Made by a program: the position numbers and the translations under genes | Shown: positions 23,771 to 37,214 of the stretch, piece by piece | How the letters are laid out: the number at the start of each line of letters is the position of its first letter | Position numbering within the stretch: the stretch's first letter is position 1 | The notes under the pieces: generated by a model | What the model was told of the DNA's origin: nothing | The model's input: the letters and a program-made list of their open reading frames with translations, nothing else | The model's database searches: none | From: Amoebidium appalachense | Lineage: Eukaryota > Protista > Ichthyosporea | Length of the DNA: 64,000 bases | Assembly (NCBI GenBank): GCA_963693365.1 | Contig: CAVNZM010000005.1 | Span: 11,307,728 to 11,371,727 of the forward strand | Direction: 5' to 3'

Positions 23771-26700
23771 ATGGGTACGAGCACGAGGGGGAGGTGGAGG
23801 AAAAGTGGGGGGGGTACACGTGCACACAGCCACCGTATGCACGATGATAGGTGCGAAAGACCCCACGAACGACACATGCAGACATGGCGCACACCACCGC
23901 GAATGGGCGGGGAGGGGAAGGAATACCGAGAGAAGGAAGTGCGGGAGGTTTCTAGTGAGGGTGGTAGGGAGAAGGAAAGTGTGGAGAGGAGAGAGAGCAG
24001 AGAGAGAGGGAACAGAGAGAGGAACACGGATAGGGGGGATGGAAGGGAGGCAAGACCGAGGGAGAGGGAAAGCCGCGAGTCGACACCTTCTCGCTCCCCG
24101 TATGTACGCGATGTTTTGGGAGGAGCAACACGAAGTGGCGACCGCGATAACGAAAGAAACTCCGCGCGAGAAAAGGATAGGAGTGAACGGGAGGGAACAA
24201 GAGAACCACAAACACCGAGCCCACAGAATAGGTCGATTACACCACCTGGTACTGCGGAGAAAAAAGAATCAAGTCCGCCTGCACGAAGACCCCCCAGGTT
24301 GCAAGCAGCAAGGGGAGGGTTTGGGAGGCTTGTAGGAACGGCGTTTGGTGATGTGATGAAACAGAGAGAAAAGGAAGATGAAAAGAAGAAAGAGAGGGAG
24401 GCGGAAGAAGAGAGGGAGAGACAGATTCGGAAGGAGAGAGATGCGAAAAGAAAAGAGGAAGAGGCGAAACAAAAGGAAAAGGAGAGAAAGGCAAGGGCAC
24501 GAGAGAAGGAGAAAGAACGTGAACGTGAAACTGAAACGAAGAATGAGCAGGAAAGGGGAAGTGAAAATGAAACGAAAAACAAAGACGACAGGGGGAAGGA
24601 GAGAGAGCCAGGAGCCGAATGGAGAAGAGAGAGTAGTCGAGAGAGTCAAGGAAACAGAAGGGAACACCGTACACCCCCCACGGACACGAACCAACGCCGC
24701 TCCCAACACGCATCTCCTGTCCAAATCGACCCGCCCGAACCGCAAACCGACCCGGTTCAGACAACCGGACCGGACCGGAAACTCAACGGCCCGACTACAA
24801 CTCACACTGTGGAATTTCACAGTCCGGAGCCAGTAACAAGTGCCCCCAGACCCCCCTCTCGACACTCACCACAAACCGGTTCACCAATTCAGCACATAGG
24901 TAGCCCGTTACGCCCGGAGGTCCTTTCCCCCGCACTCCGGCCCGTAACCCCACCCACCCACCCTAACGTAATTCGTCAACAAACCCCCCCGCCAGCGGAA
25001 TTATGGCACCACTCTCCGCAGTACCAACACCACCCTCCACCCGTGCCTAACCGCGACCAACCAAGACCGCCGCGCGAACCTCAGGCTGTTCCCGAACATA
25101 CTTATGCAGATATGCGGCATAACCCACACGCACTAGCAACCATCATCACAACACAACAACAACAACAACACGGGCGTGGCCCATCGCCCACGGAGGCCAG
25201 CCCGATGGGGTATATGGATATGCGTCGGAAATTATCCGAGCCAGAAATACGTCAGCGTTCTATTCCAAACGCCCCTGTTCCCATGGGTCAATTTCCCCGT
25301 AGACCCTCACAGGAACGTGCACCCGCAACTGCAAGCAACCCCGGACCGTATGGGCAGGGCCGGGCCAACATCCCTCAAAACCCCAATGGAATGTGGGGTC
25401 GGGCGGGTAGTGGTGGGGGCAACCCCAACGATGACCCCATGGGGATGGGCTATGGGCGTAGGGGGGGTTCTATGGGGGTTTCCATGCCAACACAGCAGCA
25501 ACCGATGCTCCGACAGGCCCCCTCCATGCCGAATATTCAGCCGGCACCCCCCATGCAATGGCCCCAACCCCCCCGTCGGCAGCAAAACATGGGCCCAGGG
25601 CCACCACCGGCACAGCAACCGAGCACTGGTAGTTCCCAGCAGATGGCCCACCCCCAGCCCATGCGCACTATGCGCAGAGACACGTGGCAGCCTGATATGC
25701 CCCCCCGCGATCGTGGAAATGATTGGGGAGGTGTGTCGTATGGCGGGGACACACACACGGCAAAGGCGCTACGAAGCACGATGTCGACACCCACACCAGT
25801 CATGCCCCCTGCCGACCCACGCACGGGCCGATGGGAGCAACCGCCCAAGCAAGCATCCTATCCGTCTCAGTCACAACCGGCCGGGCCGGGCGGAAATTCC
25901 GGAATTTCGGGGTGGGGGGGTCCTACACACGATCAGTGGCGGCCGGCCCCGCATGAGGTTATTAACTATGACCCCCACTCTTGGGGGGTCGAAGCTCCGA
26001 CCGATTTTCCGGGTGAGGACTTGGACATGGGCACCCCCGTACCGTGGATGCAGGATGCCCCCCTGGTGCCCGTGCCCGTGGGTGTGGCCGGGGTAAAACC
26101 GACCACTGGGGTGGATACGCGGGCGGAAAATGGGTCACGCGTGCGAAATTTGGGGTTGAGCGAACCGAGTTCTGGCCCGGCCCGGCCCGTGGATGTTAGT
26201 CATATCAGTGTGGTGATTGTGGTCAAGGACGATTCGGATACGGATACCGACTCGGAGGATGACGTCGAGACGGAATACACCCCCAGCCCGCGAATTGGAG
26301 ACGAAGGGGGGTTTATGCGGGATGGTTGTACGGAGGAGGAATGGAAGGAGATTGAACGTGAGTTGGCGCCTATACGCAAGGGGTTAGATCGAATGAGCGA
26401 AGCGACAAACCGCGTGCTTGAATCCCATGCCGATGAGTACCGCACGCATCTAATGGAAGCCTTAGCAGCGCACAAACAACAACAAGAATTGGATGGGAAC
26501 ACAGCCCCGTTCGTGCTCCAGGCACCCACACCACCACCAACCGCTCCTACACCGCCCGTGCGCGTAAAGGAATACCCGGGTGTGGGTGTTGTCGATCCGT
26601 CATACGGCGGCACGTATCAATACCTCCCCCCCGGTTATGTTCCCGCGTATTCATATATGGACCTGGGGGGTGGGCATCATTTTGTTTTGGCACCCCAACA

Positions 26701-26802
26701 GACGTTCTATCAACCGGTTATGATGCCTTATGACCCCAACTATACCCCGCACCACATGCAGCAGCAGCCCAAGAGCATGCAGAGGACAAATAGCACCTCG
26801 TG

Positions 26803-26803
<1 letters not shown>
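23771..26803 (+). CDS. Intronless ~1010-aa largely disordered protein: R/E-rich charged N-terminus with coiled coil, P/Q/M-rich middle with spaced Trp (WG/GW) motifs, acidic patch, short helical segment, Y/P-rich C-terminus; function unknown
   Basis: 3.1-kb stop-free frame (23654-26803) of non-repetitive sequence in an otherwise microsatellite-saturated window; first ATG at 23771; pyrimidine-rich CAG acceptor at ~23599 suggests a spliced 5' UTR. No recognisable catalytic domain. Confidence 0.8.
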
Positions 26804-26847
<44 letters not shown>

Positions 26848-26994
26848 TGTGTGGATGTGTGTGTGTGTGTGTGTTTGGGGGGGAGGTTGCACCTAGGTGG
26901 TTACGGGAGGTTTTTGATATGCAGAGTGTAAGACACTGCGCGTGTGCGCGTTTACCTTAGTTTACACGTGCTTTTGCTTTACAAAAGAAACAAT

Positions 26995-27072
<78 letters not shown>

Positions 27073-28107
27073 CAACACAAATCACTGTTATGTCGAAGAA
27101 TACTGATTCGAAAGATGGCCAACTCCTTTGAAGCCATACATGGAGGAACAATACGTCGTAGGGGTGGCGTGTGTTTGTGTTTATATTGTGTTTGCATGTT
27201 TTGAGAGTTTTTGTTGTGTGGTGTAGGTATTCTCTTGGTTCGCTTCCGTTGCATCTCAACCTTACTGTTTTCTTAGGTCAACCATAACGATTTGTGTGCT
27301 GATTCGAGTATTAACACTCATTTTTGGTTTGTGTGGCGATAACATGAAATATTCTAATCTGCTTCTGGTTGTTTCGGAAAGGGAGGTGTGTTCTTTCTGC
27401 CGTTTCTTTTTATTCAGTGCGTAGCAAGTGTACATATGATAATGCATAATAGCTGGTCTATATAATGTGTTTACTCTTATGTCCTTTGGAATTAGTGTAT
27501 GTTTCTACGGCAATCGAAGCCATCTTTTTAGTGGAAGGGGGAGGTTTATAGAAGTGCTCGTTAGAATTTATGGTTTTTTTAACAACTCGTGTATTTATGA
27601 TCTGAATGTATTGCTATTCGTATCTTATTGGTATGACATATCACCGAAAACCATGAAAATTATGCGAAATAAACCACATGAATGGTTGACATAAGGTCTA
27701 TCTGGAACACGATGCCACACAACGGGTGTGCACGGATACACACACGCGGTGCCCTGTCAAACATACATACTTCATACACGTACACACAAAAAAAAAGCAC
27801 GCGCACACGTACATGCACAACGGAAAACAAACCGGTGCGCCAATGAATGTAACATTGGCATGTGTACACAACTTTCTTTTACACCCACTATACGCACACA
27901 CATGCACAGGCATCTGCAGCTGTGTACCCATATGCATTTTCGTCCGGGCACACCCACGCATACAAGAGGCTCATCCGTGCACATGCACTTCTGTGGCATG
28001 TATTTTACCACGGTGCACAGCGACCTGCATATGCAGAGCGGAGTGCTGCCCCCCCTCCCCCCCCCCCCCCCCCATGGGGCCCCCCTCCCCTCCCCCTCCC
28101 TCCCTCT

Positions 28108-28251
28108 CTGAGGATGGGCTCTGCATATGACGCATACTGTGCGGATTGCTGATGTTGCATACTTGAATGTTTGCCTTTGCATGTGTCCTGCACCATGCTT
28201 CTCATCACGCATGCACGTGTATGTGTACTTCGCACCATGTTCCGCATTTAA
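28108..28251 (+). repeat. Poly-C-embedded short dispersed element (CTGAGGATGGGCTCTG family), closest to 36851-36988
   Basis: Shares CTGAGGATGGGCTCTGC..ATGACGCATACTGTGC...GCTGATGTTGCATACTTGAATGTTTGCCTTTGCATGTGTCCTGCACCATGCTTCTC...TACTTCG..TGTTCCGCATT with the 36851 copy. Confidence 0.9.
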
Positions 28252-28349
28252 CCCCCCCCCTCCGGATCCCGCCCTCCGGATACACGGGCTGTGCATGCGA
28301 GAGGGTGGGCTTTGCTTATGATGGCCTACCCCCCCCCCCAGCCCCGCCC

Positions 28350-28393
<44 letters not shown>

Positions 28394-28399
28394 CCCCCC

Positions 28400-28432
<33 letters not shown>

Positions 28433-29317
28433 ACCAATGGAGCGTATTCTGTGTATATGTACGCGTGCTTTAAAGGGTCTAGCTTCAGTGTTGTCTGTGA
28501 CGGTCGTGAATGTATATGTGTGTGTGTGGGCAGGACCTGGTCGTGGTACGTGGTGGAACAGTTGGGGGGGGGGGGGGGGGGGGGAGGGGGGAGGGGGAAA
28601 TCAATGCTTCAACTGAAGATCAGAACATCGACGTGCACTCACCGATTAGACAACCAACATCGAAGTTCAGAAAGCACACAGTCATGCAAAGCAAAGCCTG
28701 GCCTTGTGAGGAGAAAAGTAGCTATGCCAGGCTCACTCCCAAGTCTCGCAAACCTAAGGCTTCCACGTGCACAAGCACGAAGATTCCGTATTTGTTTGCA
28801 CAATTTCATTCTGTTTGTTTCAAGCATTCTCATGACGACTCGGCATGTCTGTCCGGCAACTTGTATCGTATGTGGGTATTGGGTGCAGGCCAGCTGTCAC
28901 CCGGTACCAACACGTGGCCTCGATCTTTTCTTTGAATTTCACAGTCGGGCCGTCCTCATACGTTCAGTATATGATACAAAACAATCCCATCACACAACCA
29001 AACCATCACACATTCAAACCAAATCCTACATATGTGGTCTAAACCTTTCCCAATCTGCCGCTTTCTGAAAACCACTTCTAACACCAACACAATTGATATC
29101 AGTCTCAAGAAACCCCTATACACACGGCTGTCAAAAACCAACACCACGCCCATACACCAAATCAGCCTTCAGAATGGTATTTGTGGGTAGAATCTCGCAA
29201 TAAGGCATCGTAGAATAAGATGAAGGCTGATAGCATTCAAAACATGATGTCATCAAAATTGAGATTTGAGAAGAAAAGTACAAAACATAACAGGAAATCA
29301 TACAGAGTTCTAACGCT

Positions 29318-29670
29318 TCAGTAGACTCTTGACCAGTCAGTTGTGGGCGCCGGCTGCGTTCTTCTGCACTCTTCAATCATCTTTCGCACCTCTTGTATGA
29401 CCTCGGGTGTAAGCTCGCATCTCTCCCCCTCCGACCGATCGTAATCGCTCCTCCCGTAGGTTTCCACCACCGAAACAAACGGATGAAATCTCACTTTCGT
29501 GTTTCTAGGCTTTGCGAAAAATGTCGTTCACGCGCGTCATTCCATACATCAAGGCATCCTTGGCTACGATGACGAGAAAACAGTTGAGGTAATAGCAGAC
29601 TTGGAAGATGAGGGCTACGTGCTGGAGCATGCAAACAGCTACATAGGCTCCATTCATGCCCAAAGAGCAT
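29318..29670 (-). CDS. Small putative protein phosphatase 1 regulatory protein (RVxF docking motif, Phactr/Bni4/neurabin-like); 5' end uncertain, possibly frameshifted or a pseudogene
   Basis: 29512-29318 reads KPRNTKVRFHPFVSVVETYGRSDYDRSEGERCELTPEVIQEVRKMIEECRR...VY*, matching the KVRF-x-VxxTY-xxx-YDR-LTP-I pattern. Upstream ATG at 29670 is in another frame and joins if the T5 run near 29517-29521 has one more base or a short intron is removed. Confidence 0.6.
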
Positions 29671-30080
29671 ATGGAACTGTTCTGACGGGTTTTTGACGAC
29701 ATTCTGCCCACATGCGGATCTAGAGATTCAAGTGGTAGGGTAGGCGTTCACTTCGACGAGTCGTGAAAACAACTCAAACACCAGTCGGGGTGTCAAAAGA
29801 TAGGAAATGATGTGGATGTAGTAAACTGTGTTGAGCCCAGAGGTTATTCGCAGTGTTTAGTGTTATGTGTTAAACATATGTAAGAGAACTTTGGCCAGGT
29901 CTGCAAAATCTAAAAGCCTGTAAGATGTGTTGTTTTTCGTTCACGCACTGCTGGGAAACGAGAGAGTTATATACAATACAGGCATTATTGCGTCTGGAAA
30001 AATGGCGCGCCTCTGTCCCATATATAACAAGACGTGAGCCAATAAAATGCGACCATCTTAGCCAAGATCCGTCTTCAGAG

Positions 30081-30253
30081 ACGTCACATTCACAACAGAC
30101 ACCCAGAAAGATAGCCTACCTGTAAATTACAACATCCTTGATTTTATACTAAACACGCGTAACTACGACCTGTTTATTAGATGTATTGATTGGCTTGAGA
30201 AACACATCACTACAAAATTATAGCGCACGCGCACACACACACACAAACACACA

Positions 30254-30296
<43 letters not shown>

Positions 30297-30329
30297 CCAG
30301 CTGATACCGAGTGTCCCGAGGGGGAGCCC

Positions 30330-30371
<42 letters not shown>

Positions 30372-30566
30372 GGGGAACCCCAACTAATTGATTTCTCCTT
30401 GTAGTCTTTATGGTGTCTCGTAGAGAAAGTAAACCCTGATATATAGTCACCACCCGACTTCTATGTACGTGATCATGATATACCGCTGAGGGGATATTCC
30501 GAGCAAAACCCCCCCCCCCATACCTGAGACTGGTTCTCTTTGCCTCGAGTAAACAGCGTAAACCCC
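30081..30566 (+). repeat. Second, inverted copy of 17866-18360 (last ~46 codons of the retro-like ORF plus tail)
   Basis: Reverse complement of 17866-18360 matches almost base for base; differences are a few substitutions and microsatellite/homopolymer length. Confidence 0.95.
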
Positions 30567-31814
30567 CCTTTCAAATCTATGGTCTTTCAAAACAATACTT
30601 CCTATTAAAATACTTAAAGCCCCCTTTAAAATTGCAAAGTTGGGGTTTTACATCATTATGTTTTTAACTTTCGCATTCGCACCAAGTTCAAATGAAATCA
30701 TTTTAAGACCCCCTCCACATGTTAATGTCATACCCGGTATAGTGAGGCAACTAGTGGTATATGTGCAAAGTTCAAATGGTGATACCACCAAAATAGATCA
30801 TCAATAGTACACACTTATAGCTAATAAGCCGTATTATTTTATAATTAAAGCACAATGAGCATCATTTTAGAAATGCACTAGAGTGCTGCTCGGCAGAATG
30901 CTATACATGTGCGTTCGAAAAGCATGTGGGGGGTTTCAAAGCATTTTGATTCGTTGGTTTTTTCGAAGGCGCCAGCAGGCAGGGGTTGTGGGGTTTTGGC
31001 TGGGCTATCCGTTTTACCTCAAACTCATTCGTATTGTCAGAATTTCTAAATCGTATTGGCGGGTTCGTCTCGTCTACGACTCGTATAGACCCCTTTTATT
31101 ATACAATTCGACAACCCATTTCAGATAATTTACACTGTTTTGTTACACACCCCGATAGACAAAACAGGGCTTCGTATTCCGCCCTTGAGTGCCAGGATAA
31201 CCACCTGACCACCTTTTACCTTGGAAAACACCCATTTTTGTATGAAAACAAACCAAAATAAACTAATGTGACTTATTTTACTGCTACGAAAAACCAATAC
31301 AGCACCTCTCAGCGTTACTCGTTTTGACCCCCTGGGCTTAATCGTAAATACGACGATTTTGAGTCGTAATTCAACCCCTGCAGCAGGTCGAAAGCGATTG
31401 GTCCGATGCTTTGGTGTAGTTTGGATGGCTCACGGCCGTGTTGACAACTGAGCTTCCTGTACGGACCGGTACAATGGGGGTCCCAAAAAAACGTGAATTG
31501 CATAGAATTGCCTTCGGAAGTTCGGAGTCCACGGGCTCAACACAGAGGACGCTTGATTATGTCGGGCCTTGGATGCTACACGTGTGTGCGTGTAATGTTA
31601 GTACCGGTTTTGGGGGAGCGGGGCGTAGAGGGAGGAGACGGATTGCATTGCCTGAGAAAAAAGTCTGGAGATCTTGAGGAGGGCCTGCTGCCGCGGGGTT
31701 CGGGCGGGATCGAGCTCTGGAGGTAACATGTGGGGGCCGGGCGGGGTGGGTGGAGAAGGGGAAGAGTGGTGAAGCAGGGGAAGGGAAGGAGGGGAGACGA
31801 GACAGGGCAAGGGG

Positions 31815-31848
<34 letters not shown>

Positions 31849-32222
31849 GGGGGAGGAAGATGTCATGTTGCATGACCTGCGGGTCGACAACTGCGAATTT
31901 TTGTAGACGGCGAGGGGCTCGGAAAGGGGGGGAGGGAGGGAGGAGGGGGGGAGGAGGGGGCCCTGTCTTGGGCTTACTTAATGTTGTCAGTCAGGTAGCT
32001 ACTATAGTGCTTCAGACGGCCGAGACGGCCGTGCATGGCTGCATAGCGCCCAGTTTACTACGGTTGCTATTATTGCACGATTGCCTCAGCTGGTCTGTGT
32101 TGGTTCCGTGTATAGGCGCACCCCCCCACTCCCCCGCCTCCAACCACCACCACCACCACCACCACCACCTCCACCACCTTGCCCCCCCCCCCCCCCCCCC
32201 CCCCCCCTCCCCAACTACACAC

Positions 32223-32318
<96 letters not shown>

Positions 32319-32517
32319 CGCACACACACACGGACACCATGCACACATCATACCATGCACACGTCGCATGCACAGTCAACAGTCAACCACATACACACAC
32401 GCACACGCACGCACACACTGTCACACACACACACACACACACACACACTCTCACACACACACGCACACACAAAGCACACACTGTGACACACACATACACA
32501 CACACATACACACACAG

Positions 32518-32587
<70 letters not shown>

Positions 32588-32850
32588 GCAAAGGTACCCA
32601 TGCGCCTGCAGGCCGGAGTGACTGCAACACCGTGACAATGGTATCATATTCACATGTACACCCACCCACCTTTCTCCGAATTCATGTTGCGGCGAACATT
32701 TGGTTGATGGTTTTGCGTATACTGTTTACGAAACTTTATGGAAACTGTGCGTGGTGTTAAGCATTTTAGGAAAAAGAAACTTTTGAGCTGGGTGAAGTTG
32801 TTGGAACTTCGTTGGGGCACCCGGAAATCAGACATTGACACCTGACCGAG

Positions 32851-32901
<51 letters not shown>

Positions 32902-33735
32902 GGGCCCCACTCTTCCCCGTCTCCCCTCCCCTCCTCCCCCCCCCCCCCCCCCCCCCCCCCCCACACACACACACCGTGCCTTCATCCCCCCCCCCCCAAA
33001 AAATCTCCGCTGAAAAAGAAAAGGAAAAAAACCCCACATCTGCTCTGGTGGAGCCTAGAAGCCAATAATCTCTTTTCCAATAACTTAAATTCAAATGCAT
33101 TTCATCCAGATCTCCCCCAAATATCATGCCAGACTTCGGGTATCGAAACTAAAACATTCGTCACGGCGCTCCAGTCTTCAAATATATGAGATGTCTAGGT
33201 TATAATCATGGAAACATTCTGACCGGGCAAAAGAGAGGCCCTCGGAGACTGTCCAAGGACGGTCACTATTGAATTTGCACAGGGATAATTTACTGCAACA
33301 GTGCACATCTGCGCACCAGAGTATTTTACTATCAGCAACACCAATTTTTACAACACCCGAGATCGCGGCTTATTTTCGTGATAGTCTTTAAACTCGAACA
33401 TATATTTCCTAACAGCCACATAGCCCCCCCCTCCCCCCCTCGACCCCCCCCCCCCCCCCCCCCCCCCCCTCCCCCTCCCCCCTCCCCTCACCCCCCTTCA
33501 ATTAAAGAAAAAAAAACAAAAGAAAAAAAACCAAGCCAAAGCAAAACATATCCGTGATACCCAATCTCCTTCCTTCCCCCCCCCCCCCCCCCCCCCCTCC
33601 ATCCCCCCCCCCCTTTCCTTCGCCCCCCTAAACCCCCCCCCTCCCCCTCCGGCCCACACCGTGACAAAGAAACCCCTGTCCGCATATCAACTGAGCAGCA
33701 CACACACCAGTGGCACACACGCACACGCACACGCG

Positions 33736-33813
<78 letters not shown>

Positions 33814-34225
33814 GACACACACACGCGCACAACACGGTAACTCAAACTCACATGACTGCACACACACACACACACCCTCCCCGGCCCTCCCCCCCCCCCC
33901 CCCCGCTCCTTGAGCCCACGCTCCTCCCCCCCCTCGGCGTACTTGAAGAAGAGGGGAAAGAATGAAAAAGAAAACATGAACGACAACATGCATGCACATA
34001 CACACGCACGTGCGCGTGCACACACGCACGTACACGCGCGCACACACACTGACTGCAGCATTGCAGCACAGTCACTAACCCCCCCGCTCGCCCCCTCCCC
34101 CCCTCCCCTCCTCCCCCCCACCTCTCCCTCCCCCCCCCCTCCCTTCCCCCCCCTGCCTTCCTCCCCCGCCCCCGGTTCCGCCCCCGCCCCGCCCCCGCCC
34201 CAACACAAATACACAAACACATACA

Positions 34226-34300
<75 letters not shown>

Positions 34301-34940
34301 AGGCACCACCACCACTACCACCACCACCACCCGTGGCACCAATGCGACTGCCTCCACCACCAGGCTATGAGCTTAAACGACCGAACGTCTAGTCCTAGGG
34401 AGTCAAACTTGAAACCCCCGTCCCCTCTCCCCTCTCTCTCCTGCCTTCCCCCCCCCCACCCCCCCCCTCCCCCCGGGGTTATTCCCCCCCCCCCTCCCCC
34501 CACCCCCACCGCCGCCCCCGCCTCCCGCCTCCTCCCCCTCTTCCCCCCTCAAAAATACACACACACACACACACCCCACCCACCCCCCACCCCTCAACAC
34601 CCAAAGCCACACACGCACACATTTGATCAAGAGTGAAGAGTTATCAGTGTGTACGGGGGCCCGGGGATCATCGGCATCGGCGGTCCATTTGAATTGGGCC
34701 TAACTTGATCCTTGCGATTAGAGCAATCGGACCTGTATTCGATCAAATGTCAAGATTCAAATCCAGAATTTAGGCTCACACATGCTCTGGGGCGGAACGG
34801 TCAGTCGGTGTGCCACAACAAAACAAGGTGAAGTCATTTTCCGCACCGTATTGCCATTCACTAAAGTAGCGCTGAAATTATTCCGACCCATTCTACATCT
34901 CAACAGCAGCAAGCAAATAGCGTGCGTAAAAAAGCAAAAA

Positions 34941-35226
34941 ATGGCAGAGCCGTCAAAGGTAGTGGACTTTACAGGTGGCGAGGAGCCAGCCGTTGCCAAG
35001 GAAACAGAGGGGGAGGAGGCGGAGGAGGGCTGGGCAGATCTGCTGGGCAGTGGCAAGTTGAAGAAGAAGGCGAGTGAGTTTTGCGCAAAATAACAATGCC
35101 GGGTCTGTTAAAATATCATTCTTAACCTGCCTCCTCCCCACCTCTCCTTGTGTGCTTGTTTTTGCACTCATCATGTACACCACCACCTTCCATATTTTGG
35201 TCCATCTTCTTAGCACTAACCAAGAA

Positions 35227-35257
<31 letters not shown>

Positions 35258-35593
35258 CCCCCCCCCCCCCCACCCCCCAGGGGGCTGGTTTTTAGTTCGT
35301 GTTTGTCTGTATGACGCAATCAAGTACTAGAAACACGGAAGATCAGATGTAGAAGCACAGATCCAATCTGGTTGGTTTCTTGTGGCCGTAGCACAAGCGC
35401 ACACGAGAAAATACCTTTTTTTTTGGTAACCTTCTGTACGGGTTACTCTTAGAGCCTCTTCGTTACCTTTGTAACCCAATGGAACTATAGCTGCCCTACC
35501 TGTATGTGAACACAGGATCCCACAGAAACAGTTATTGCATTGAATCTCCCTTTGACTCCATGGATCCTGGTAGGATCTTTAAGACGGCGTTTC

Positions 35594-35639
<46 letters not shown>

Positions 35640-36367
35640 TTCCCCCCCCCTTTCCTCCCCCGACTCCCCCCCCTTCCCCCATACCCCCACCCCCCCCGGA
35701 AAACCCCCTCCTCTCTTCCAACGATGCACCGATTTTCGTATTGTGTTTGCGTTTGCCGTTTTACCCGTTGCTATTTGTTGTGTCTCCACTTCTCACATAG
35801 AAACTAACACTGACCCCCCCCCCCCTCCGCCCCCCCCCTCCCTCCCCTCCTCGAGCCCTCTTCTTCGGCTCCCCCCAGGCTTCCCATACATAGCCTCGAC
35901 TTCTCCACTTTCTTCTTTGAACCCCCCCCTCCCCCCCCTTCCCCAGCGGCTCCCCCTCCCCTACTTCTTATGACTCCAGCCCCCCCCCCCCCCCCCCCCC
36001 CCCCCTTGTTAGGTCTTACTCCACTCACATTTTTTGCTCAGGTGTTGAAAAAGGGGACGGGTGAGCGACCGGATTTTGGGCAGGAGGCTCTGATTCACTA
36101 CAGAGCCAGACCGGCCTCAGGCGCAGAGGATGTCTACGTTTTTGACACGTAAGTGGGGATATTCAAGAGATATATCTGCTGATATTTCGTATTTATGTGG
36201 TTGTTGGTTGGTGTGGATCATGTATACTTTGCTAGGGAAGTAATTGCAGTGGCACCCTTTATTTCTTTGCGGGGGGGTTAGTCATTACATCCGTTCACCT
36301 TGTAGCCCTTCAGTTTTGTTTTCTGCAACGATTTTAGCGGAGGATTTGGGGGGGGGGGGGTGCGCGG

Positions 36368-36403
<36 letters not shown>

Positions 36404-37168
36404 CTTACATCCCAGTTTCCAGGCTTCTTTGGGCATTGTGTTTTTTTTGGAACCCCGTCGTCCTTCTGAAGTGCAGAGGCATTGATGAAAATTTAAAAAA
36501 AGGCAAAGAAATAAAGGATAGTGCCACTGTATCCACCGAATATTTCAATAATACCATTATCAAAATCGGTATCTTGGGTGGTTCGTTGGTATATTCCATA
36601 ATATTCCAAAAAAACAAGTCCAGAAAACTCTTAGTTTTTCTCTGTCTTTTGCTATGTGTTTTTTGTTTTCACACACCTCATATAGCGACGTTAAGATGTT
36701 ACTATGCATATCGGTACTGGTTAACAGACAAACACGTAGAACGGAAATCGAGAGGGATTCTTGAACTAACACCGAGGATTTGCGGCCTCTCGGTGCATTT
36801 AGTGTAGGATGGATGTCCTCCTCCCCCCCCCCCCCCCCCCCTTGGGTCCTCCCTGAGGATGGGCTCTGCTTATGACGCATACTGTGCACATGGCTGATGT
36901 TGCATACTTGAATGTTTGCCTTTGCATGTGTCCTGCACCATGCTTCTCGTCGTGTATGCGTACTTCGTACCGTGTTCCGCATTCAAACCCCCCCCCCCCC
37001 CCCCCCCCCCCTCTCCCAGGGGTGGTCGATTACAATGTTGAGCTGGTAATGTGGTTTATTGCCTAAGGCCAGATTTTGGATGCTGGTGTGTGTTGAGTTT
37101 GTATGTTTGCATCTCATATATGACATGCATCTACAATTATGTTAGGCACGAGACACACTACACAGATA

Positions 37169-37214
<46 letters not shown>

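Noticed and set aside
17866-30566. Polinton/Maverick or endogenous virus, given the long inverted repeats
   Set aside because: No pPolB, integrase, packaging ATPase or capsid ORF; no 6-bp TSD or AG...CT termini.
30900-31400. tRNA or other structured RNA gene in the TCGTA-rich segment
   Set aside because: No cloverleaf or A/B-box pair could be built; possibly a decayed transposon end, but unsupported.
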